From contig VRMN01000004.1 of NCBI GenBank assembly GCA_008690995.1, positions 682,001 through 746,000 of the forward strand: 64,000 nucleotides of DNA. The letters run 5' to 3'. Shown here in pieces: positions 19,417 through 30,500 of this stretch. Each line of letters starts with the position of its first letter. The first letter of the stretch is position 1. The notes beneath the pieces were generated by a model that searched no databases, was not told the DNA's origin, and was given only the letters and a program-made list of their open reading frames with translations. The DNA comes from Porphyridium purpureum (Eukaryota). The position numbers were made by a program, and so were the translations under genes.

Positions 19417-19477
19417 TTCCCGCCCGAAATCGCCCTCTTCTTGTCGACTGGCCGCCGCCGGGTGCGCCAAAACGCTT

Positions 19478-19597
19478 GTGTCCTATTTGTTTGAGCATCC
19501 TGTTTCCCCCTCCGAAACACGTCTTCATAGTAAAATTTCATAATTTACTATGAAAATGGACAAATTTTGCAGTGTCCTATTTGTTTGAGACGCACTT
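19478..19597 (-). repeat. Tc3-like right TIR (120 bp, IR/DR type)
   Basis: Contains GTGTCCTATTTGTTTGAG twice; followed by TA. Confidence 0.93.
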
Positions 19598-20050
19598 TAC
19601 ATAAAAGGTACAGTGAGCGTTTCTCCAAGTGGCGCGATAATGGATTGTGCTGAGAACCGGACCAAAAAAAACGTTCGTGCTGTTTGTACTAAAGAGGCTG
19701 TGGTTTGTCATGGCCATGAACGGTTGACGCATTGGCCGCTTCGCGCAGTTCTGAACCGTTTCTTCGTGTGCCACACCATCTGGATGCACCCGCAACACGT
19801 CGCGAGCGTCGCTACGCGCCACGTTCCAAGCGCTTGACCTGGGCGCATCGGCCGCCTTGGTCTCCCGCTGCGCGCCAGCTTAGCGCTGCGCTTGTACTTG
19901 TCCTACGGACGGTCGATACCTGGCGCTCCGCGCGGAACGTCGTTCCTGGGAGTGGCAGGCTTCGTTCAATGGTGGCACGCATGACAAAGGTGGAATTCTC
20001 GTTAACTGTTTTACTAGTAAACTTGGGCGGATCACACTAACAACTACTAA

Positions 20051-22099
20051 CTACTGCGCAACGCCAATCCCTTCGAGCGTGTCCAAGGACGCTTTCCATT
20101 GCCGACCGCTGGCGGCGTCATCGGCGGCTATTTGCACGCCCTCCAGGTCGTACACAGGCTCCGACTGCGCGGCTAGCGAGGTTTGGTACATCATCTCGGC
20201 AGAACCAAACATGCTGAACACCCGCGCCTTGCGTGCGAACAGCGAGATCGTCGGAAACACTTCCAAGCAACCTACAAATGTGTATTCAACGTCCGACACC
20301 TTCTGCCCATCAATAAAAATGCCAATCTTGGCGTGTAAGTGCGACCATGACGCGCTCGGAGATCTACTAGACCCATCCGTTTCCCGCCCAGACCCTTCAG
20401 CCATGTGCCCTTCTCCGTTTTGTGTCAGGGATTCTGGAGATTCCTCTTGCACTTGCTGTTGTTCTTGATGCTCCTGTTTCACATGCCGCCCCGGGTTTTC
20501 CGCTGTCGGATCATGCTCACCAGCGTTGGCTTCTCTGTCTCCGCTGCTTGCAACCTCTGCCTCCCCATGGTCCCCTTCATGCTGTGCTTCCCCGACTTCA
20601 AAGGAATCGTTAGTGATGTTATCCTGTGCCTTGCTCTCTTCCGGTGTCCTAATTTCCACAAGCACACCGATGCAAAAATTCTTCAGCTGATCCATGAGGC
20701 CGTCACCAAACGTCGCCCACGATTCCTTGCCATCTATGGTCCGAATCAGGTTTCCAGAAGACGAAATTCCAATCGAATTCGGGCGTGTACCACACAGACA
20801 GCTCAATGGTAGCTCTCGTGTCGACAATCCAAAGCACAAGCCGCCACCCGCTGCGGGCTGGATTGCAAACATCTCAAAGTAGGTCCGTCGGCCAGGCAGA
20901 GCCGGAAGCATGGCGCGAACAGACTTGTAGAGCCCCCGTTCTTGCGTTCGGAATGCGCAGTGATTCGAGTCAGTGAGCATGATGCCTTCATGACATTCGT
21001 CTGGGTTGAAGCCGAGCCGTGGGGTCGACAGGCGCGAGCGCACGGAAAAGGCAAGCTCGACTGGATCACGAAGCGACGCCGCGCGGCTTGGCGCAGTGCG
21101 GGGCATCGACTCATCGTTCCCTTGGTTACGAAGCGCCGCGGCGTACGCGGCATCCTGGTAGAGCTGTAGCGCCGGGTCGAAGCGCATCGCCCTCTCCCGA
21201 AAATCCTCGACGGACGACACGCGTGAAATCATACCAGGCTCTTCGGGCTCGTTGGGCTTTAGCTGCATCTCGGCCAGCTTACTCACACTTACCACGGTCA
21301 CATCAAAGGGCCGATCGCTAATCGGGTTGTGCATGTACGCCTTTTGGAAATTTTGGCGCTGCGGCGAGCACCGCTCGACGTATTTGGTGGCCACACCCGT
21401 TGTCTTTTGAAAATTCTTGGTGGTGCCCGGTGTCATGAATCCGTGGAAAGACGAGGCTGACGCCCCGTTTGAACCGTCCGGCCCCGTTCCGCCCGTCCGG
21501 TCGTCCTTGTCGTTACTGTTATCGCCACTATATCGTTGCGACGGTTCGCGCTTCTGCTGGTCAATCTGCTCTTGCAAGCTCGCGCAGAAACATGTCGAGT
21601 CACCACACGACTCGAGTTGCACGAGCAGCGTGTTGTTGATGATACCGCGCTCGTCGTAGGTGACGGGTTGATCTGGTGCGTGTCGCCACACATTGTCTAT
21701 GATAAATTTGTACTGATACTCGCCTGGAGGTAATGACTTGACCGCAATCCACACCTCGTTGCCCTCCGTTGTGGTGGCGAGTGTGAGTGGAATCGTAACC
21801 TCCCACGAGTTGAACGTGCCAGTAACGAAGGCAGACGAGGCCTTTTGTGTCCAGCAAAACGTAACATCTGTGACAAGTGTTGCGGGAAAGTTCTGAACGG
21901 CATGGCCGACGCTTCGGCCGCCCTGGTCCTTTTGCTCCTCGGCCGACACAACGGAACCAATCCCGATGCCAATGTTTGCCGAAATGCGAGCGAAGGAGTC
22001 CAAGTTCTGATGCGAGACGGACCAAATCCCCGGCGTGGCCGGTGTCACACGTACATCCACCGTCGGCGTCGCCGCCGTGCCCGGCTCGGGCGGTGACAT
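20051..22099 (-). CDS. CBM48 (AMPK-beta-type glycogen/starch-binding) + SPRY domain protein
   Basis: VTFCW...VTGTFNSW...LPPGEYQYKFIIDNVW...NN is CBM48; SVRA...YFEM...LCFGL...GTRPNSIG...IFIDG...VFPTISL is SPRY-like. ATG at 22099. Confidence 0.8.
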   Translation of the reverse strand: MSPPEPGTAATPTVDVRVTPATPGIWSVSHQNLDSFARISANIGIGIGSVVSAEEQKDQGGRSVGHAVQNFPATLVTDVTFCWTQKASSAFVTGTFNSWEVTIPLTLATTTEGNEVWIAVKSLPPGEYQYKFIIDNVWRHAPDQPVTYDERGIINNTLLVQLESCGDSTCFCASLQEQIDQQKREPSQRYSGDNSNDKDDRTGGTGPDGSNGASASSFHGFMTPGTTKNFQKTTGVATKYVERCSPQRQNFQKAYMHNPISDRPFDVTVVSVSKLAEMQLKPNEPEEPGMISRVSSVEDFRERAMRFDPALQLYQDAAYAAALRNQGNDESMPRTAPSRAASLRDPVELAFSVRSRLSTPRLGFNPDECHEGIMLTDSNHCAFRTQERGLYKSVRAMLPALPGRRTYFEMFAIQPAAGGGLCFGLSTRELPLSCLCGTRPNSIGISSSGNLIRTIDGKESWATFGDGLMDQLKNFCIGVLVEIRTPEESKAQDNITNDSFEVGEAQHEGDHGEAEVASSGDREANAGEHDPTAENPGRHVKQEHQEQQQVQEESPESLTQNGEGHMAEGSGRETDGSSRSPSASWSHLHAKIGIFIDGQKVSDVEYTFVGCLEVFPTISLFARKARVFSMFGSAEMMYQTSLAAQSEPVYDLEGVQIAADDAASGRQWKASLDTLEGIGVAQ

Positions 22100-23161
22100 C
22101 GTGATGACCCCACCAGCCAATTTTCCTCGTTTGCGTCCCTGGCTTCTTCTCCCCCTTCTTTCCTTTTCGTTCCCGTTGTTCTTTTGATACCTAGCCGACT
22201 AAACTTTCTCCGCCACCGCGAGCGCTCCTTCTGACGGTACCTATCCCCTCTTGGGTCCGAATCCACGCACGGCCCTGCTCGTCTTCTTCTTCTCACAACC
22301 GCCTCCGTCTCCGTCTTCACTTCCTTCTCCTCCCTCGCGCACAAAGAAACAAATCGCCTCTTCCACCGCACGGCCTCCGCCAGCACCAACAGCCACGTCC
22401 CAAAAATTGCTTCTTCCCAGTCACTCACCCACACACTCACCCACACACACACACACACACGTGCACACACGCGCACCAACTCGGGTCGCTTTGCTCAGCT
22501 CACAATACACACATGTCAACGCCACGTCCACGAACTTCTCTTGGCCCCTCTGTTCAAGTGCATGTGTGTTTCTCCGGAGACCCGGCTCTTGTCGCAGCAC
22601 GCGCGCTGCGTTCCCCTTTCGTCGCCGCTCCTCTGAGCGCAACACCACCACCACCACCGCCTACACCACCCCTTTCCTCCTCCCCCGCCCCCTCAGACAC
22701 ACACGTCAAACTTCTTTTTTATCGAAGCTTCTTTCCGCACGTAAAACTGAGCCGATTTCTCTTACAAAAACACGCCAACGCATAAAAGACCACAAAAAGG
22801 CGGAAAGTACAGTCGTTATTTTCGAAGCGGCCACAGTAGTGTTCAGTGCGTACAGCGCGAGAAGCACACGAAATCCAGCAAGGTACAGCGCAGTCACCGG
22901 GTTAAACCGGGCGATGCTGAACTTTGAACCGGTGAACCGGAAACGCGAAAAGCAAATGAACGAATGGAGAGCAGACAGAGAAAGAGAGTAGAGAGGGAGA
23001 GCGGCACAGCCGATGTGAGATGGTGGGCATTGTAATGGACACGTACCAATTAAAGTGTCTGGACGGATTCGTAGAAGAAGCCGGTGGAAAGGAAAAGCGC
23101 GGAGCGCGCTCCGTGGACGACATTGGATTGCGGGTCTTTTCTGACATGAGGCGCTGCTGCG

Positions 23162-24148
23162 TTAGTCTGGGTCCGATGAGCTCGCCGCACGTTCTGTGGC
23201 CATCTGGCGGTTGCGCATCGCTTTTTCACTGAGTGCGCGGCGCCGCGTGGAGAGGAACGCGAGGTTGGAATCGGGCAGAAGCTTGCGCAGCCCGGCTTCA
23301 AGGTCAGCAGAGTTCGGGATGCCGTTGTAGAGCATGCCCTCGTCGCGGCAGAACGCGGCCAGATTCCAGAACGTGCGCGGAGACACAAACGCCATCAGCA
23401 TCGGTTTCACGTTTTCTCGAAAATCAGGGTCCTGCACGATGCTGGCCACAATGAGCCGCAAGAGCACGCTCGGGATCACCTGCACCTCTTCCACATGCCG
23501 CTCCGGACGCGGGTCACGCGCGGTGTACTCAACCTGCATGCTCGCTTGCCCGGCAACGCGTGATATGGTAAAAGTGCCGGCCAACGTGGCCTGGTAGCGA
23601 TGTGATGCCACGCGCTCCGCCACGCGCTTCTCCATCTCGCTTCGTGTCGCCGACACAAGCGCGGACGGAAGCTTGCCTCCTCGGCTCGCCGATGCCGACG
23701 AATCGAGCGCCGCCACAAGTTGGTCCCCCAAGGCATCCAAGGCTCGGTCAAATGGCGACCCTGCATGATCACCGGGAGGCCCGTCAATCACTTCGCGCGC
23801 CACCAGGTTCCCATATTTATCAGTCAGTTTGCGTGTGGGGGCGCTTGACTCGGCGCGCTTCCTCTTTTTCGCAAACGCTCCCTTTCCTTGCTTCACATCA
23901 AGGCTTGTTGCTTGCGCGTCCAGGAGGAGCGTCTCGTGATTCTTGACAAAGGTTTGCAGCGGGCGGCTTGCATCATCAGGACCGGTCGCGATGGGCTTGG
24001 GTGGAAATCCCATGCGAATTCGCTGCTGCGCCACCGACAGGTTGGTAATCTTTTCCACACGCTGCTGGAGCACCAGCAGCGAAGCATCCGGGTCGACTTC
24101 ATCCAATTGAAGGCTTCCACCCTGATATTGCACACGCAGGCTCCACAT
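23162..24148 (-). CDS. Hypothetical protein with N-terminal OTU1/YOD1-type ubiquitin-like domain
   Basis: LRVQYQGG...LQQRVEKITNLSVAQQRIRMGFPPKPI; remainder unrecognised. Confidence 0.65.
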   Translation of the reverse strand: MWSLRVQYQGGSLQLDEVDPDASLLVLQQRVEKITNLSVAQQRIRMGFPPKPIATGPDDASRPLQTFVKNHETLLLDAQATSLDVKQGKGAFAKKRKRAESSAPTRKLTDKYGNLVAREVIDGPPGDHAGSPFDRALDALGDQLVAALDSSASASRGGKLPSALVSATRSEMEKRVAERVASHRYQATLAGTFTISRVAGQASMQVEYTARDPRPERHVEEVQVIPSVLLRLIVASIVQDPDFRENVKPMLMAFVSPRTFWNLAAFCRDEGMLYNGIPNSADLEAGLRKLLPDSNLAFLSTRRRALSEKAMRNRQMATERAASSSDPD

Positions 24149-24862
24149 GGAGCTCGCTTGAGTTGGATTCTGGCGATCCGTATCAACTACTTCCGTGTGT
24201 CAGCGCACCGCACGCATGGGCAGCCGCTTCCGCGCAAGAGTTCCAAAGCGAACAAAAAGTTCAAAGTCAACCCTGACATTGTCCCGCCGAGCGCACACTC
24301 TGAGAGCCAGACGCCGAAAGTCGTAATGACCTAGGACACGACGTTTGGCTGCCAGTCAGACTTGAGTGGAACACTAGCGTCTCCTTTCGAAAACCCGCGT
24401 GATCTACAATGACGTTGTCTTCTTCCTTTGAGTTCCGAGGCCAGTCCACGTCTCCATTGGCGTTCCATCCGTTTGGACGTGTCTGTGCGAACAAATGAGC
24501 ACTAGTTGGCCGAGGATGGGATGAGTGCGCCTTTGAATGCAGCATGCGCGGGTAAGAAGGCCTTGCGAGATCTAGTACTCGAAAAAAAAACACAACTGCT
24601 AAAGGTGCAAGGGCAGATGGTGGATTCACATGTGGGAGCCTATCTAGTGATTTTGCCCCCTTTGACTTTTTGTACCTGACGTGAGGCAAACAAATTTCGG
24701 GTCCCGCTCCTTGCGCTCTCACTCGCCGTCGGCGGCCGCATGCCAACACACAGGAAAGTAAGAGCGATTTGGTGCGACCGCAAGCTCAAATGCGGTCATC
24801 GTGACTGTTAGTTTTATTCTCTCGTACGACGCGTGAAATCAAAATAATGGTACTTTGCTGAG

Positions 24863-26398
24863 TCACACCGTGTCCTCATGATTGTCATCATGCTCGCCAT
24901 TCATCTTGATGTCTGTGATTGACACCGAAGGTATGATCCGAGGTCCCGTTGAGAACCAAGGATGTGCGAGCGCGTCCTCTGCGCGATACCGCGCCTCTAC
25001 GTCGAGATTCATGAGGTTTGCCATCAGGTCCTTACATTCGGGTGTAATTTCGTCCCACGGAGAGCCGTCAAGTGAATACTTACCTCGCACAATGAGCGCA
25101 TACGTCAACACCTCGTTCGTGGCGTCAAACGGAAGCTTGTGCGTGAGCATGTAGTACAAGAGCACCCCAGCGCTCCACAGATCGACTTTGCGCCCGTACG
25201 TCTTGTTTTGGATAATCTCGGGCGCAACAAACCCGCCTGACCCTGCCGTGCTCTTACGCAACGCCAAACTTGCACCCACAAGCTCATTCTCGAGCGCGCG
25301 GGCTGAGCCAAAGTCGGTGATTTTGACCGAATTCAGACTGCTCATCACGATATTTTTGGGCTTGATGTCACGGTGCGTGATCCCAGCTTCATGCAGGTGC
25401 TGAATACCTCTTAGCACCTGCTCAAAAACAAACTTGGCGGTTTTTTCGTTCATTTTCCCCTTAATCTTCAAATAATGAAACAAATCGCAGTCGGCGAGCT
25501 CCATGACGAAGAAAATGCGGTCCGGCTCCTCGTACACGTCTCGGATTGTTACAATATTGGGATGCTCGTCGAGCAGCGCCAGCACGGATATTTCCCGTCG
25601 CATATATATGCGCGACTTTTCGTCGAGCCGGTCGACTTCGAGCACCTTGACAGCAAACTTTTCTCTCGTCTTGCGGTCGGTGGCAATGAAAACCTTGGCG
25701 AACGCGCCTTCGCCAATTCGCTTGACCACCTTGTAGTCTGCCTTGAAGTTACTGACGCTGGAACACGTGAGTGTCTTGGCCCACTCATCCAGCGTGGCCT
25801 GCTCGGTGCCACGAAGCACCATCGGGCTGAGAGTGAAGGACGCGTCCTCATCGAGCTGCACGACCACACCCCGCGCGCCCACGTCCACGTGGACGACGGC
25901 GCCTACCATGCTGACCCTTTTCAGCGGCTTCTTGGCATCCACGACACCGCGCGAGTCCTGCTTGGCCTTGCCACTGATGCTTAGCTCGGCCACGCCACCG
26001 TGTCCATGTATGCTTGGGTCATGCAGCGGGTAGAGATGGAGCGCCTGTCCGTCGACGAGCGCGTAACGCAAATCCATCGCTTCGCGCTCCAGGCTCGCCG
26101 CGCGGTCGATGTCGAGCTTCCGCCCGCGCCCGAAGCGCAACAATGCGGTTGGAATCAGCTTCTTCTTGCCCTTCTGCGAGCCTTCGTCCTTGTTATCGTG
26201 CATCTTCACGACGCCCTCGATGTGCACGGCGGCATTCTCGTGCACGTACGTGCGGCTCGCCTCTGCGGCCGCCTTCTCCTCGCGATGCGCCGCGGCGTCC
26301 TCCTTTCCGTACCGCAACTTGAGCACCTGCTCGTGCGCGACCTGCTCAAACTGCTCCCAGAACGCCGCGTCCTCTCCAGCCGCACCCAGCAGCTCCAT
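24863..26398 (-). CDS. CAMK-group Ser/Thr protein kinase with upstream PH-like region
   Basis: IGEGAFAKV, FAVK, HRDIKPKN, DFG, APE, DLWSAG; ...LDEWAKTL before the kinase resembles a PH C-terminal helix. Confidence 0.9.
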   Translation of the reverse strand: MELLGAAGEDAAFWEQFEQVAHEQVLKLRYGKEDAAAHREEKAAAEASRTYVHENAAVHIEGVVKMHDNKDEGSQKGKKKLIPTALLRFGRGRKLDIDRAASLEREAMDLRYALVDGQALHLYPLHDPSIHGHGGVAELSISGKAKQDSRGVVDAKKPLKRVSMVGAVVHVDVGARGVVVQLDEDASFTLSPMVLRGTEQATLDEWAKTLTCSSVSNFKADYKVVKRIGEGAFAKVFIATDRKTREKFAVKVLEVDRLDEKSRIYMRREISVLALLDEHPNIVTIRDVYEEPDRIFFVMELADCDLFHYLKIKGKMNEKTAKFVFEQVLRGIQHLHEAGITHRDIKPKNIVMSSLNSVKITDFGSARALENELVGASLALRKSTAGSGGFVAPEIIQNKTYGRKVDLWSAGVLLYYMLTHKLPFDATNEVLTYALIVRGKYSLDGSPWDEITPECKDLMANLMNLDVEARYRAEDALAHPWFSTGPRIIPSVSITDIKMNGEHDDNHEDTV

Positions 26399-27505
26399 TT
26401 CCCGCAAAATCACCGCGCACTGCCCCCGACTTCGCACGCGCCTCTCCCAGTCGCTGTCGTTACGCCCTCCCACCGCGCGCTCACCTCACCCCACCGCCGT
26501 TTTTCGCACAGATTCAACTGTACCTCCCCTCCCAACCCTTATAGCGCAGCAAGTGTACCCCGCGCCAGATCGGTCCACGGCCCAGCGTGCTCCCCAATAA
26601 CGCTGACGCGCGGCTGACTGACGCATCCAACCCCCCCCGAGCTGACTTTGAACTTTGGCCAGAGGCACAAACCGCGGCCTGGGTCTGTTCAGCTCGGCGC
26701 CGAGTCTGCACAGCGGCCATCGCGTGTCCGTGCCTACCGCGTGCCAGCTGCCAAAAGCCTTCACACGCTCAACCGTCTTGTGCGTCCGCATATGTTCGCG
26801 TCGCGTCGCAGCACTCCGCTTCCCATCGGCCTACGCACAACGTGAGACTCTGCGAACGCAGACTGTACCCCCTCACCGTCTTCCTTCTTTCGCAACCGAA
26901 CAGAGCGAAGTGTACCTCTATTTCGTATATAAAATTTGGGTGTGGCGTGTGCGAATCGGCTTTCGCGCAAGACAGCCAGTCGAGTGCAGTGAAACCGTTT
27001 GCGGGGTGTGATGAAAGCGGCCTTTCTGTGACTGCTTGTCGCGCATGCTTGCGTGGATTACCGGCAGTGCACGTCAACGAGTTGTCGTGTTCGCGCAAGG
27101 GGGCGGGGGGCGGGGGACGGGAAGAGCGCGTCACACCACCAAACGGCTACAAGAACAGAGGCGGCTGAATGGGACGGCGCGGAAAAATCACGCGGATCGC
27201 ATCTGGAAAGGCGCAGAAGGAACGCGCAACGTGCTTGCGATTTTGTGTGGGTTCGTGTCGGTGTGGACTTGTGCTGAAGTCGGTGGGCGTGTTGGGTGGT
27301 GTGCGGGAGGGGGAGAGAGGGGAAGAGGGTGGAGGGAGGGGAAGGAAAGGTGCTTCGGACGGGGATAGTGTGGTGGAGAGGGTGGGGTGGATGGGTGGGG
27401 GAGGATGCTGGTGTCGCATGCGGCAGTGATGGCGACTGAGGGGAGTAGGGCGGGGATGTTGGCCGCCGACGACGCCGGCAGGCGGCACAGAGGCTGAGGA
27501 CGGGC

Positions 27506-30500
27506 GTGCGCGACGATCGCGAGCGGCAGCCAGGCGCCGCGTCTGCCGCAGGTCGCGCGAGAGGCGTCAAGTTTCAGGGACTCAGTCTCAAGAAGGCGCC
27601 GTCCAGAGGCGAAGGCTCAGACGGCGAGGCTGACACCTTCACGAGCGAGCAGTCAGCAGCGTCTGCGCAGCCAAACGGGAGCGTGTTCGATCACGTGCGC
27701 TCCAGGGACAGCGAGGCGTGGAGCAAGGCGTGGAGCGAGGCACAAAAACCCAGCTCACATTGGATGGCGCGCGAAGCGAGAAGAAGCGAGCGCGGAACGC
27801 CAGCGCTCGCGCACAACTTTTACGCCATGCGATCCGCCACAGGCACACGCGGGAAAAGGTTGCGCCACGCGTGCTCCGTGCCTGAGCTGCGCGCGTGGAG
27901 GAAAGTCGCCGCCATCGACGGTGAGAGTGAAAGCGAACATACATGCGACGACTCTGCGAGAAAAATGTCGACCAGCTCCGATACAATGGACGAAGACGAT
28001 GAATCCTTCGCGCATCAGGGTCTCGGCCCGGCTGCCGCACTATTGCGTATGCAACAACCGGAGGATCGCGGGATTTGTGCTGCGCACGGATCGGCATCGT
28101 CACTATCTTCATCTCCTTGTTCCACAATGACAATGCACAGCTCAACGCAGCCATCATCTCCGGTATTTGCCGTTCACTACACAGACAGTAGCACGGAGCC
28201 CGTGCGCCAGCGCACATTGTACGTACCGGTGGCCAACAAGACATTGAGACTTGACGGGTTGGGCTTGGGAAGCGTGAAGCTTGAATCTGTTCTTATGAGC
28301 GTGTACGGCAGAGAATTGGAGGAAGTTTCCTTGGCCGCGAACGCAATATCCGAGCTCTCGCTCGGTGCGTGCACATCTTGGCCACCCGCGCTCCGCTCAT
28401 TGCACTTGCACGGCAATGAGCTCCGTGCGATCGACTTGGCTCCGCTGTCAGGGTGTCTGGCACTTACAGCGCTGTGGCTTCAGAATAATAAGATCAGGGT
28501 TATTGACCTGGGCCCGCTTCGAAGCTGCTCAAAGCTGAGCTCGCTGTACCTGGACAACAATGGGATCGATGACCAGAGCATCGATCTTGCGCCCTTGCGC
28601 GGTCTGACCAAGCTGCGCTCCCTTCGGTTACAAGGCAACAGATTGGCGGGTGCCCTCGATATTTCGCCACTCCTTGACGTGCCCGCGCTTGTATCGCTCA
28701 CCGTTTCAGAAGCAGTAACCCTCTACGTTGTAGCGCCGGCAGATGATTTTAATCTCGGCTCGGCTTCACTAAGTCCAGCACTCGCGAAACTCAAAACTCG
28801 CATTCAAATCGTGTCCCATCCCGACGAGCTTGCAATGCCGAGCGGTACAACTGTGCGGAAATGGGGAAGCAAAAACCCGTCTGATGAAGCGCTCGTCGAG
28901 AACAAGCAAATTGAGCAGATCCCTGCAGGTGAAGACCAGCCTATGGCTAAAGCTTTGTTGCTGAATTTCAGTGTGCGTGATTACTATCTGACACGTGATA
29001 TGATGCACTTGCATGCTCATTTCGAGTGCACAGGCGTGTCGGATGTCCTTTACGATAGTGAAGGGTTGAATGACTATGATATCATGTTCATCGACGTAAG
29101 CAAAGACCTGGAACTGGCATACAAGACACTGAAGGAAATTCGCATGATCTGTCCGTACGTGCCGGTTGTCTGCATAGGTGCCGACCTCGATCCCTTGAGT
29201 CGGTCAAAGCTGACCAAGCTTGGCGTGGATAGGATATTTGAAGAGGCTCTGACTGTGCCAGAGTCTTTGCAGCTGCGCAAGCTGGCCGAGGAGCGCTGGA
29301 ACTTGCGACTTGCCGGGCAGCGCGCGCGCGCCGCTCTTAGATCTGCGGCGGCTGTTCAGACAAAGCGCTCAAACTTGTCTGTGTCACCTTCTGACCTGCT
29401 CCTGCATCGTTCCTCGGTGCCAGCTCCTGAGCTCACTTCAACCCGTCCAGATGATCCGTTTTGTCACATTCGGCAGGGTCAGCTGCCGCCCTTATCGAGC
29501 CTGCGCCGCTCGCAGACGCTGCCGCAAGAGGCCATTGGTGGCCTCGGGCGGCAGGAGCTTGAAGAGCAAGCGCTCGAAAAGCTCCTTGCGCGATACGAAG
29601 GACATGTGCGCTTGGATCAATTTTCGCCTGTGACCACACTGTGCGGGCTGCCATCATGTGCCTCGCCACTCTTATTCAACGCAATCTTGCTCAGTAGCGG
29701 TTCGGTCTCGCGGGATGTCGTGACGTCGAAAATCTGTATGCGCTTTTGGTCGGAACAGCTCCGCTTCCGCACACAAGACCAGCGTCTCTTTGTTATTTTG
29801 GAGACTCTCGTGAAGAAGGCTGACGCCGATGCCGGGAACGAAACGGCGAAGGTGCCTCAACATCGAGTCAAGACGCACGAGGATGCGTTTCTCGTACTCG
29901 CGCAAGGTTTGATTCGTGGGTTTCGGCGGCAGTTGGGACCAGAGATGGATATTCTTCGCACGGTCGCCGCACTGCTGATGTACATTTGCTCGGGCAATAT
30001 ATCGATCGTGTCCGGCCGCATCACTGAGCGCGGCCTCGTGCGCTCAAGGTTCTGTCAGGGCCTGATTGCGGCCGAGTCTTACTTTTTTGACGGACTTTTT
30101 GTTGTACTGGATTCTGCACGACTACTGGAGTGCCGCTCGACCTTTGAAGCACTGGGCGGACGCGTATCGGACGATCCGGAGCTTGCATGCGGCCTGTACA
30201 TTGACAAGGTCGTAGAGTATTGTACAAAACGAGGCACGGTGATTCCACGTGGAGTGGCTGCCGTGTTTAGCTCGCGGTTGGGCCGTGGCTGGATGAGTAG
30301 CAACAGCCTCAGCAGCGAAGGCGATGTTGCGGAAAGGGAAGCCAAGAAGGAGGTGACGATGTCGCTCCCTGACTTTGCTCTGTTTTGGGCATCGATGCAA
30401 GACGTCGCACAATTCCCGTCGTTTGAGTATTGGTTCAGCGTGCTCGATTGCGACATGGATGGTTTTGTCTCGCGGGAGGATGCTCATCACTTTTACGCGG

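Larger units (their letters stand above)
5541..19597 (-). mobile_element. Tc1/mariner (Tc3-like, DD34E) DNA transposon, 1348 bp when reconstituted, interrupted by two Gypsy elements
   Basis: TA dinucleotides at 5539-5540 and 19598-19599; 120-bp TIRs; split transposase. Confidence 0.95.

Noticed and set aside
22251..22991. 246-aa ORF and similar ORFs at 38944-39624 and 43650-44650
   Set aside because: Low-complexity UTR/promoter sequence with CA/GT/CT microsatellites.
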